The notes under the pieces are model-generated. The model ran no database searches. It saw only the letters and a list, made by a program, of their open reading frames with translations, and was not told the origin of the DNA. A stretch of DNA of 64,000 nucleotides, from assembly GCA_934098565.1 (NCBI GenBank), contig CAKOON010000005.1, positions 32,066 to 96,065 on the forward strand. Reading direction: 5' to 3'. Positions within the stretch are counted from its first letter, which is position 1. The number at the start of each line of letters is the position of its first letter. The translations under genes and the position numbers were made by a program. Below, piece by piece: positions 56,434 to 64,000 of this stretch. The stretch comes from an uncultured Bacilli bacterium. GTDB taxonomy: Bacteria > Bacillota_I > Bacilli_A > RF39 > UBA660.

Positions 56434-58056
56434 ATGGATACAAATAATAAAACAAGTACAGTCATTGATGTTTTAGAAGATGGCAATTTAAGTTTTACCC
56501 AAGAAGATACAACTCCCAAAATTAATACGGTTTTTACAGAGTTTGAATATGATAAAATTCCGGTTGTAGATTTAGTTAATAAAATGATTAATGACGCCGT
56601 AGAAAAACGTGCCAGCGATGTTCATTTTGACCCTACCCCCGATGTTTTAAATGTACGTATTCGTGTCGATGGTGATTTAATTTTATATGCTAAAGTACCA
56701 GCTAGTGTTAAAAAAAATTTAACAACCCGTATTAAGATTATTTCGGGAATGAATATTACCGAAACTCGTCTTCCTCAAGATGGGGCCATTAAGATGACAC
56801 ATAATGATGCTCCTCTTGATATGCGTGTTTCCGCCCTACCAATTGTTGATGGGGAAAAGATTGTTATCCGTATTTTAGATTACTCTAGAAGTATGGCGGG
56901 ACTAGATACTATTGGTTTATCCAAGATAAATTATGATAAAGTTATACGAATGATTGGGGTTCCCAACGGAATTATCCTAGTTACGGGTGCTACTGGTTCC
57001 GGTAAATCAACAACCGTTTATTCAATGCTACAAAAGTTAAATCGAGTAGATACCAATATTATTACCGTTGAAGACCCCGTTGAAATGAAAATGCCAGGTT
57101 TAAATCAGGTCCAAGTTATGAGTGAAATTGGTCTTACTTTTGCGGCCGCTTTGCGTAGTATTTTGCGTCAAGACCCCGATGTTATAATGATCGGAGAAAT
57201 TCGTGATGATGAAACAGCGCGTATTGCGGTTCGTGCCTCTATTACTGGGCACTTAGTTTTATCTACTTTGCACACCAATAATGCCCTTAATACCATCGAG
57301 CGTTTACTTGATATGGATGTTGAACGTTACCTTTTAGGCTCTGCGTTAACGGGCGTTATTGCCCAGCGTTTAGCAAAGAAGTTATGTCCTAAATGTCGTA
57401 AGGCTCGTCCAGTTACAGAGTATGAAAAAAAGGTCTTTAAATTAGCGCTAAATTTAGATATCAAAGAAGTATATGAAGCAGTCGGTTGTAAGAACTGTAT
57501 CAATGGCTTTGTGGGACGTGTCGCAGTCCATGAAGTTTTAATGTTAAATCAAGATGTAAGGGACGCGATTGTTAATAATGCCTCCAAAGAACACTTACGT
57601 AAAATGGTTTACGATAAAGGCCATACAGTCACTCTTCTTCAAGATGGTCTAGAAAAAGTTGTTAGTGGCGATACAACATTCGATGAAATTGTCCAAATTA
57701 TCGATGTTGAATCAGACTTTGGAGAAGATGAACAAGAATTAAAAGATGCTCTACTTGGTAAAGTAAAGAAAAAAGAAGAAGAAGATGCTAATGTCCTAAA
57801 CAATATATCTGGGGACCTAACTGAAGTTTTGGAGACTACAGATGAGGGCTTAAAAGAAGTTACACCTTCCCAAGAAAAATTAGCAACTCCAGAAATCACT
57901 AAAGAAGAATCTCTTGATGAAGGGCAAGAAGAGACTTTAACTTTAAACGATATAAATAATTCTAAAGCAGCAACCAAAAATGATGAAAGCCAAAAAAACT
58001 CAACAGATACTGAAGAATTGTTAATGAGTCCTAAGAAAACAAACAATACTCCTTAA
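56434..58056 (+). CDS. PilB/GspE/ComGA-type type IV filament assembly ATPase with an acidic C-terminal tail
   Basis: RASDVHFDP, Walker A VTGATGSGKSTT, IITVEDPVE, IMIGEIRD, TGHLVLSTLHTN and the tetracysteine CPKC...CKNC are present. The track start 56425 is TTG; the ATG at 56434 follows AAAGGA. The last roughly 110 aa are D/E/K-rich. Confidence 0.85.
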   Translation: MDTNNKTSTVIDVLEDGNLSFTQEDTTPKINTVFTEFEYDKIPVVDLVNKMINDAVEKRASDVHFDPTPDVLNVRIRVDGDLILYAKVPASVKKNLTTRIKIISGMNITETRLPQDGAIKMTHNDAPLDMRVSALPIVDGEKIVIRILDYSRSMAGLDTIGLSKINYDKVIRMIGVPNGIILVTGATGSGKSTTVYSMLQKLNRVDTNIITVEDPVEMKMPGLNQVQVMSEIGLTFAAALRSILRQDPDVIMIGEIRDDETARIAVRASITGHLVLSTLHTNNALNTIERLLDMDVERYLLGSALTGVIAQRLAKKLCPKCRKARPVTEYEKKVFKLALNLDIKEVYEAVGCKNCINGFVGRVAVHEVLMLNQDVRDAIVNNASKEHLRKMVYDKGHTVTLLQDGLEKVVSGDTTFDEIVQIIDVESDFGEDEQELKDALLGKVKKKEEEDANVLNNISGDLTEVLETTDEGLKEVTPSQEKLATPEITKEESLDEGQEETLTLNDINNSKAATKNDESQKNSTDTEELLMSPKKTNNTP

Positions 58057-58102
58057 TTTTCAAGAAAAAATAACTTTTAAAATTTAAAAAAAAGATATAA
58101 AA

Positions 58103-58150
58103 AGTGTAATAATTAATTACTTAAATATGATTAATTATTACACTTCTTTT
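58103..58150. terminator. Bidirectional terminator between convergent genes
   Basis: A 15-bp stem, AGTGTAATAATTAAT (58103-58117) / ATTAATTATTACACT (58130-58144), is flanked by A and T runs. Confidence 0.75.
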
Positions 58151-58207
58151 TGATTATATTTGGTCTTAAAAAACTCTTAAACTTACTCTTTGATAGTTAA
58201 TTAACTA

Positions 58208-59134
58208 TTAAATATTATTAAAGTCTAATCCTTCTTCCAACGCAATATCTTTAAACTCAATTTTAAACTTTTCAATATCTTTTCTTAAGGAATCTTCATA
58301 AACACTTTTCGTATTGCAAATAGCTTCATAGATATGTTTTAATCTTACTTCTTTGGTATTATCAAACAAAGCATAACTAAAAGCATTAGAAATAATAGCT
58401 AAACAGATATCTGGGTATCTTGAGGAAATCTCATAGATTCTTTTATATTCATCAGTCATATCAACAATAAAAGCAAAGATTTTTTCTTTAATAAAGTCAG
58501 TATAAGGCATAACAAGATGCATTTGTTTTTCAATTTTGGGTAAAGTTCCCATTAAGATTTTAATAGTTGTTTCTCTATCAGCTTCTTTAACATCAACTTT
58601 TTGAAATCTTCTTAAGAAGGCTCTATCACGAATAATATATTGTTCATATTCTTCAGTAGTAGTGGCTCCTATCATCTTGATTTCCCCACGGTCAAGGCCA
58701 GCTTTAAAAATATTGGCTAAATCCATACCGGATTCGCTATTATTGCCTTTAATAAGCAAATGGGTTTCATCGATAAAGACAATGGTTTTTTCTCTTTTAG
58801 CTAATTCTTTTACTAAGACATCTACCCTTGTCTCCTTTTGACCAGCAATCTCATACTCACCGATAATCGAAGAAGCATTAAGTTTAAATAAGTCATAACC
58901 GAATAAGGCGTTAGGTACCATGTTATTTTTAATACGGTAAGCAAGTCCCTCAACGATAGCCGTTTTACCAATACCAGCTTTGCCAACTAATAAAGGCGAC
59001 TTTTCAGGGGTTAAAAGAATTAAAATCATCTGTTTAATTTCTTCTTCTCTACCGATGGCCGGATCCGTTATATAATCACGTTCGACTAAATTTTCTGCAT
59101 ATCTTTCTAAAAAACTTATATTTTTTTCTTCCAT
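58208..59134 (-). CDS. Stand-alone AAA+ ATPase resembling the D1 module of ClpA/B/C
   Basis: [54 protein letters not shown] and [28 protein letters not shown] are present. It is only 308 aa, with no N-domain, middle domain or D2. Confidence 0.75.
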   Translation of the reverse strand: MEEKNISFLERYAENLVERDYITDPAIGREEEIKQMILILLTPEKSPLLVGKAGIGKTAIVEGLAYRIKNNMVPNALFGYDLFKLNASSIIGEYEIAGQKETRVDVLVKELAKREKTIVFIDETHLLIKGNNSESGMDLANIFKAGLDRGEIKMIGATTTEEYEQYIIRDRAFLRRFQKVDVKEADRETTIKILMGTLPKIEKQMHLVMPYTDFIKEKIFAFIVDMTDEYKRIYEISSRYPDICLAIISNAFSYALFDNTKEVRLKHIYEAICNTKSVYEDSLRKDIEKFKIEFKDIALEEGLDFNNI

Positions 59135-59230
59135 AATTAATTCACCAAAGATATTATACCGGAAAACTAGTATCTAGACAATCATAAATAATTCTGCTAA
59201 AATAATAATTCCAAAAAGGAGGGGATTATT

Positions 59231-59620
59231 TTGAATATTAAGATTAATCATATTGATTATGGTGCTATGAAACTGGCTATCGAAACCCGTACAGCCGATA
59301 ATATTAATTATGAAGTAAAAATCATTGATATCACTTATCGTCGTGATAACAAAATCTCTAATAATATTGTAGCTACTTTAAAGCTTAATACTTTAAATCC
59401 AGATAGTTTAGAAATAACTACTCGTTCTAAGGATTATTCTAAGGATATGAGTACTGGTATAATTAGAACGTCTCTTTATAGTATTTTTCCTAATACGAAT
59501 ATCAATAAGGCTGCTAATGAACTTAAAACATCGGTTGAAAAAGATAATGACTTAATTTTAAGTCGTTCAAGAAAAAGCCAAAACAGACAAAAAGTTAGCC
59601 CAAAAGTTATCAATTGGTAA
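59231..59620 (+). CDS. Hypothetical protein
   Basis: 129 aa. It has a TTG start 8 nt after AAGGAGG. It is divergent from the AAA+ gene. Confidence 0.5.
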   Translation: MNIKINHIDYGAMKLAIETRTADNINYEVKIIDITYRRDNKISNNIVATLKLNTLNPDSLEITTRSKDYSKDMSTGIIRTSLYSIFPNTNINKAANELKTSVEKDNDLILSRSRKSQNRQKVSPKVINW

Positions 59621-59703
59621 ATTGTATTAAACTTTTTCGGAAACTAGTTAATTTTATATTGACTTATAGGCTTAAATAGGGATATAATTAACTAGTAATT
59701 GAT

Positions 59704-59779
59704 GCCTGATTAGCTCAGTCGGTAGAGCGCACGGCTGTTAACCGTTAGGTCGTAGGTTCGAGTCCTACATCAGGCGCCA
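59704..59779 (+). tRNA. tRNA-Asn (anticodon GUU)
   Basis: The acceptor is GCCTGAT/ATCAGGC, the D stem GCTC/GAGC, the anticodon loop CTGTTAA, and the T arm GTAGG-TTCGAGT-CCTAC. CCA is encoded. Confidence 0.95.
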
Positions 59780-59791
59780 TTTATGTTAATT

Positions 59792-59817
59792 ACAACTTCT
59801 TCGGAAGTTGTTTTTTG
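59792..59817 (+). terminator. Terminator after tRNA-Asn
   Basis: ACAACTTC-TTCG-GAAGTTGT followed by T6. Confidence 0.85.
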
Positions 59818-60060
59818 TTGTTTAAATCTAGGAGTGATAGGCATTTGCCCCCTATTCCTTAGGTTGAATAAAAAAGATAAAAATACTGCTGATTTACCTA
59901 TGTCGCAGTAATTTTGCAGTAAATTATAAAGATGAAATTTATTTTAGGAATAAATTTTGGCTAGAAATGCTATACTAAGTATTAGGAAGTATCCAAATTT
60001 TATGATATATTTCAGACAAAATTTAGTTGCAATCTAAAAGATTTATGGTATACTACTAGT

Positions 60061-60187
60061 GAAAGAACTTGATTGTTCTTAAATAAAAAAGAGATACATT
60101 TGATTTTGTGTGTTAGATGTTTCTCGGTCCATTAATGTTTAATGTTTGAGAAACACCTATTCATCAACGATGCGTAGGTGTTTTTCA
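60061..60187 (+). ncRNA. Candidate small RNA (promoter and terminator defined, no ORF)
   Basis: The promoter is TTGCAA (60027-60032), a 16-nt spacer with TG, then TATACT (60049-60054). A 5' hairpin AAGAAC/GTTCTT is present. The terminator is AAACACCTA (60151-60159) / TAGGTGTTT (60175-60183) followed by TTC. The 3' part is antisense to the end of the 54-codon ORF. Confidence 0.3.
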
Positions 60188-60372
60188 AATTATAATATAT
60201 AAAATATACTATTTTTTGATAGTAGTTATAATATCGTCTATAAAGATTAATATTACAACTAGTATAATGATATACTCCACAGAAAATCTCTTTCATATGG
60301 ACCACCCCCTTTCGTATTTTAAATAATTAAAATATGAACCGAGAGTAAAACACCTAACAATCAAATGTATCT
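60092..60372. repeat. Imperfect inverted repeat pair bounding a 280-bp module
   Basis: A perfect 14-bp core, AGATACATTTGATT (60092-60105), matches its reverse complement at 60359-60372. The arms extend imperfectly to TCTCGGT (60122-60128 and 60338-60344). 31-bp direct repeats with 26/31 identity lie at 60005-60035 and 60388-60418. Confidence 0.7.
60132..60296 (-). CDS. Candidate 54-aa Tyr/Asn-rich small protein
   Basis: It falls below the ORF-track cutoff. The ATG at 60296 is preceded by a strong Shine-Dalgarno, AAAGGGGGTGG, 5 nt upstream. The translation is MKEIFCGVYHYTSCNINLYRRYYNYYQKIVYFIYYNLKNTYASLMNRCFSNIKH. It could be a chance ORF in AT-rich DNA. Confidence 0.3.
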   Translation of the reverse strand: MKEIFCGVYHYTSCNINLYRRYYNYYQKIVYFIYYNLKNTYASLMNRCFSNIKH

Positions 60373-60790
60373 AATAGTAATTTTAACATATATTCCAGAC
60401 AAAATATATAAGCAATCTTTTCAGTAAGTAATTTTTGAGTATTACAGAATGGACTTTCGCATGAATTCTTAAAGACTATTCATCTGTTGATACATGGGCT
60501 TTATTTTTCATATTGCTAGCAATTTAAAAAACATGGATTAGTTACCAACTAAGTAACTATCAGTCTATGTTTTTCTTTTTCCCTAATTTTTTAAGGCTGA
60601 CAAAGGAAGTATATAAATGCCATTTCTTTGGCTATGGTCTTTTGATAATGTACAATCATAACCATAAATACGAGGTTAATCTCCACTTTTTCATAAAGAT
60701 TTGACAAACTTTTTTAGTCTATTCATTGCCTGAGAACCGCTCCACAGAAAGTAAAAAGCCATATGTTTATTAGACATATAGACTTTTTTC

Positions 60791-61441
60791 TTATTCTTCA
60801 TTGTAATCTTTAAAACCTAAGTAGAATACTTTGGGAGCCTTACTAATAAAAGTCATCTCTTTATTAGTTATTGGATGTTTAATAACTAATTTATTGGCAT
60901 GAAGACCTAAACGACTTAAAGAATTAATTTTAGCCTCATACTTCTTATCGCCAACAATAGGATTACCGATATAAGCTAAGCTGGCTCTAATCTGATTTTT
61001 ACGGCCGGTTTTAATTCTTACTTTTAGAAGACTTTGGGTTGAGTTAGTACTTAAAACTTCATATTCAGTAACACTTGATAATCCTTTGTCACTAACATAA
61101 ACATGATGAGTCTTATCTTCTTGAAGATAAAATCTTAAAGTATCTTTAGTTTTAGGAAGCCTACCTTCTACTACGGCCCTATATTCTCTTGTATATCTTA
61201 GCCAATCTCTTTGAAGTAATTCTTTTAACTTAGGGTTTTTAGCAAATAAAACTATACCAGAGGTGTCTTTATCTAAACGATGAACCACAAAGACTTTTTG
61301 ATTTTTCTTATGAAGATACTCCCTTACTTCATGATATAAAGTTCTTTCCCGTTCTTTATCGGTACCAACGGTTAATAATTTACTGGGCTTATTGACTACT
61401 AATATTTCTTTATCTTCATATATAATATTTAATTTTTTCAT
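60791..61441 (-). CDS. RluA-family pseudouridine synthase
   Basis: HRLDKDTSGIVLFAK is the catalytic Asp motif, and KNQIRASL is present. 216 aa. It overlaps the upstream dus-type gene by 4 nt. Confidence 0.85.
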   Translation of the reverse strand: MKKLNIIYEDKEILVVNKPSKLLTVGTDKERERTLYHEVREYLHKKNQKVFVVHRLDKDTSGIVLFAKNPKLKELLQRDWLRYTREYRAVVEGRLPKTKDTLRFYLQEDKTHHVYVSDKGLSSVTEYEVLSTNSTQSLLKVRIKTGRKNQIRASLAYIGNPIVGDKKYEAKINSLSRLGLHANKLVIKHPITNKEMTFISKAPKVFYLGFKDYNEE

Positions 61442-62427
61442 TCTAATTCTCCTAAATCTTTAAGATATGACTCATATTCATCTAAACAAGCAAATATTTC
61501 TTTACTATTCTTACAAGTACATATTTTATTTTTCATTTCTTTACTCTTCGGCATACCTTTTAAGTAATATAGAATATGACTTCTTATTTCTAAAGAAGCA
61601 CTTTTTTCATTGGTATCTTCACATAAAAGTTGATAGTGATATCTCATCATATTTATTTTTTCTTGATTGGTTACTTTTTGCGGTTCAGTTCCATTTTCAA
61701 GATAGTTTACACAGTCTCTAATTAACCAAGGGTTGCCTAAAAGACCGCGCCCAATCATTACCGCATCACAATTGGTCTCAGCAAGCATTTTTTGCGCTAA
61801 ATAACAGCTAGTGACATCGCCATTTCCAATAACAGGAATAGAAACAGCGGCTTTAACTTTTTTAATAATTTGCCAATCGGCAGTACCCGAGTATCCTTGG
61901 GACCTTGTTCTTCCATGAATGGCAATAGCTTTGGCCCCAGCGTCTTCAATTACTTTGGCGACTTCAACGGCATTTACATGGTCATTATCCCAACCGGCTC
62001 TGATTTTAACCGTTACGGGAACATCTACTGCTTGGACAACGGAGGATACAATCTTTTTAATTTTCGCCGGGTCTTTTAAAAGGGCACTACCAGCTTGATT
62101 TTTAATAGCAACTTTAGGAACAGGACACCCCATGTTAATGTCGATAATATCAGGCTTTTGTAGTTTTTCTACTAATTTAGCAGCTTCGACAAAAGACTCT
62201 TCATCACTACCAAAAATTTGTTGACTTATGGGTCTTTCTTCATCACTCATCTTTAGTAAATCTAAAGTCTTTTGGCTTTGATAGCATAAAGCCTTATCAC
62301 TAACCATCTCAGCGTAAATAAGACCAGCTCCCATCTTTTTTAAAATCTTACGATAAGACGTATTAGTAATACCGGCCATTGGAGCGACAACGACTTTATT
62401 TTGAATATGAACATTCCCAATATCCAT
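61438..62427 (-). CDS. dusB: tRNA-dihydrouridine synthase
   Basis: VVVAPMAGITNTSYRKI, DINMGCPVPKV, AGSALL and HGRTRSQGYSGTADW are present. Confidence 0.9.
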   Translation of the reverse strand: MDIGNVHIQNKVVVAPMAGITNTSYRKILKKMGAGLIYAEMVSDKALCYQSQKTLDLLKMSDEERPISQQIFGSDEESFVEAAKLVEKLQKPDIIDINMGCPVPKVAIKNQAGSALLKDPAKIKKIVSSVVQAVDVPVTVKIRAGWDNDHVNAVEVAKVIEDAGAKAIAIHGRTRSQGYSGTADWQIIKKVKAAVSIPVIGNGDVTSCYLAQKMLAETNCDAVMIGRGLLGNPWLIRDCVNYLENGTEPQKVTNQEKINMMRYHYQLLCEDTNEKSASLEIRSHILYYLKGMPKSKEMKNKICTCKNSKEIFACLDEYESYLKDLGELE

Positions 62428-62502
62428 GCAATCACCTCTTTAATAAATTTAATTCGTTAACATTATATCACACGATGATTTAAGTACCAAGAAAAAAAGA
62501 GA

Positions 62503-63072
62503 CTAATTTCTTTTTTGAAATTTAATCTCTACGGTATCATTTTGTTTTAGCATAAAACCATTAGCATCATCAGTATCAAGGTGAATTTCTAAATAGCCAT
62601 CACTACTAGTTTTAAAGAATGCTTCAATAATTCCTTTTTTTTCACCATCAATAATGACCCCAACAGCTTCATCATCAGAAACTCCCCACTCTTTAGCTAG
62701 AGCATCAGATATATGGATATGTCTATTAGCTATTATTCCACAAGGAATGGTTATTTTGTCCTTAGGGCCAATTATTTCTAGCATACTGGCGCCGTCTAAA
62801 TGACCACTTTTTCTAACCGGAGGATTAATGCCTAACTTGTAACTATCTGTTTTAGAAACTTCTACTTGGTTATAAGAACGAAATGGTCCTAAGACTCTTA
62901 CATGTTCTATAGAACCTTTAGGTCCTTTAATAATTACCGTTTCTTCGGATGCAAATTGTCCTGGTTGATTAAGGGGTCTTTTAAATGTTAATTCATCTTT
63001 ACCAAACAGTTTTTGGTAGACTTCTTTAGTTAAATGACAATGTCTATTAGAGACACCTACACTTATCTTCAT
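62503..63072 (-). CDS. pduL: Phosphate propanoyl/acetyl-transferase PduL
   Basis: VGVSNRHCHLTKE and IANRHIHISDA show the duplicated PduL motifs, and QPGQFASEE and LDTDDANG are present. 189 aa. Confidence 0.85.
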   Translation of the reverse strand: MKISVGVSNRHCHLTKEVYQKLFGKDELTFKRPLNQPGQFASEETVIIKGPKGSIEHVRVLGPFRSYNQVEVSKTDSYKLGINPPVRKSGHLDGASMLEIIGPKDKITIPCGIIANRHIHISDALAKEWGVSDDEAVGVIIDGEKKGIIEAFFKTSSDGYLEIHLDTDDANGFMLKQNDTVEIKFQKRN

Positions 63073-63137
63073 AATATAATTACCTACTTTCTACAAGATA
63101 AATTATATCAAAAAAATAGGTCTTAAGACACTATTTT

Positions 63138-63467
63138 CTATAAATTTAATTGGTAAGGTATTTCTGATGTGCCATCCCCTGATTTTGTTTGAATATTTGA
63201 CTTCAGATAAAGTGCAGGACGTGTAGCAAGAGATTCAAAGTCGGCAATGCAAGTTAAAAAGCCCCCGCCGCCGACAACAACAAATGCCGCATCAATTTTG
63301 TTTAAATTAGGCATCAGCGTCCACTGGTAGTAGTCTGATTTATAAAGATAGTCATTACCATGGCAATCGCTATAATAATCCCAACCATACATACCAGTAG
63401 ATAAACATGTTGAACTATTTATTATAGAGCCGCCTCCTGTTGCATATCCATAATCGCTTGGATACAT
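63138..63467 (-). pseudogene. 5'-truncated remnant of a secreted or pilin-associated globular domain
   Basis: The frame is open only about 20 codons upstream of the first Met (…TISISVSWTGKIGLMYPSDYGYA) before a stop. There is no signal peptide or Shine-Dalgarno. It ends ...TRPALYLKSNIQTKSGDGTSEIPYQL, a C-terminal module pattern I recall from larger Firmicutes surface or pseudopilin-like proteins. Confidence 0.4.
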
Positions 63468-63670
63468 TAACCCTATTTTGCCTGTCCACGATACAGAGAT
63501 TGAGATAGTGTAAAAATTGTGTTTTGAAGTTTAATTGTAGTCAAAATTATGGTCAAAATGGCTCTTCAGTCCAGTATCCACCGTGTATTTTCATAGAGTT
63601 TTCAACTCTATGAAAAAAAGTCTTGCTATTTGACTAGAATACCCAAGACTTTTTTAAATTATACATATTA

Positions 63671-63728
63671 AAAAAACAGCAATATCTCATTAAATTTATA
63701 AGTCATAATTAAATATTGCTGTTTTTTT
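63671..63728 (-). terminator. Rho-independent terminator (bidirectional hairpin)
   Basis: AACAGCAATAT (63675-63685) pairs with ATATTGCTGTT (63713-63723), flanked by A6 and T7. Confidence 0.75.
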
Positions 63729-63742
63729 ATTTATTATATTTT

Positions 63743-64000
63743 TTATTCAACGGTTATTTTACTACTAATAAAATCCATAAGATTATTTACCTCTTTAAGA
63801 CTCATGCCTTCTTTAGAAATTAATAAAGCCCCAGTAAATGGTAAACATAACACTATTAAATTCTTAGTTTCTTTAATAGACTTAATAATATCATAACTAT
63901 ATTCTAAATGATTATTAACTTCTTCCAAAATGATACTATCTTTTAAGATTAGTTTAGACTTAGAATAATTTTTAAAATATACCTTATTAACATAAAAATG
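63743..64000 (-). CDS. Hypothetical protein; its 5' end lies outside the window
   Basis: The track starts at an internal TTG (63928), but the frame stays open to base 64000 (…FYVNKVYFKNYSKSKLILKDSIILEEVNNHLEY…). Confidence 0.5.
   Translation of the reverse strand, partial: HFYVNKVYFKNYSKSKLILKDSIILEEVNNHLEYSYDIIKSIKETKNLIVLCLPFTGALLISKEGMSLKEVNNLMDFISSKITVE

Noticed and set aside
57639-58046. A 135-aa minus-strand ORF.
   Set aside because: It is antisense to the acidic tail of the PilB-like ATPase gene. It is a Ser-rich mirror translation with no start context.
1-64000. Alternative genetic code (TGA read as Trp, Mollicutes code 4).
   Set aside because: Long ORFs, up to 2051 codons, are intact under the standard code. 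If TGA encoded Trp, standard-code ORFs would break at such codons, and none of the recognisable genes does.
1-64000. CRISPR arrays, IS elements or transposases, integrases, and prophage or ICE modules.
   Set aside because: There are no regularly spaced repeats other than the three 23-bp units. I recognised no transposase, recombinase or phage structural motifs in any ORF.

Overview
This is a 64-kb window of a very AT-rich chromosome (roughly 28-30% GC by eye) of low-GC Bacillota type, Erysipelotrichia- or Mollicutes-like. It uses the standard genetic code, because long ORFs are intact with TGA read as stop. All calls come from reading motifs by eye; no database search was run. Housekeeping backbone: pcrA, ruvA, ruvB, rpsD with a structured leader, gmk, an archaeal-type proS, valS with a T-box leader, a dus-type gene, an RluA-type pseudouridine synthase, pduL, an M16 peptidase pair, a dGTPase-like HD protein, a marR plus heterodimeric ABC exporter operon, and tRNA-Pro, tRNA-Arg and tRNA-Asn. 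The left edge is a polysaccharide locus (Wzy-like polymerase, GT4 glycosyltransferase, priming sugar transferase, nucleotidyltransferase) interrupted by defence-looking singletons: a tandem DUF4145-like pair and a stand-alone PIN-like protein. The two loci I consider most likely to be undescribed systems are these. (1) A nine-gene, translationally coupled Tad-like operon (18274-31523) has a CpaF-type ATPase, two GspF-fold platform proteins and two CpaB-like proteins. It has no recognisable pilin, prepilin peptidase or TadZ, and it is led by a 2051-aa secreted Cys-paired giant protein plus three unassignable membrane proteins. (2) A self-promoted three-gene operon (15054-17913) encodes an HTH-Fic protein, a 413-aa protein with a PD-(D/E)xK-like C-terminus, and a 2-TM protein, inserted between ruvA and the Tad-like locus. 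Other oddities: an orphan MvaI/BcnI/MutH-fold endonuclease next to tRNA genes, with an inverted tRNA-Pro fragment nearby. There is a DinJ/RelB-like protein with a (Asp-Cys)n tail and no toxin, an orphan PilB/GspE-like ATPase, and a stand-alone Clp-D1-like AAA+ protein. There are three 23-bp tandem repeats between valS and proS. A 0.95-kb ORF-poor region after tRNA-Asn carries an inverted-repeat-bounded module, convergent promoter and terminator signals, and a 54-codon ORF. I saw no CRISPR array, transposase or integrase.
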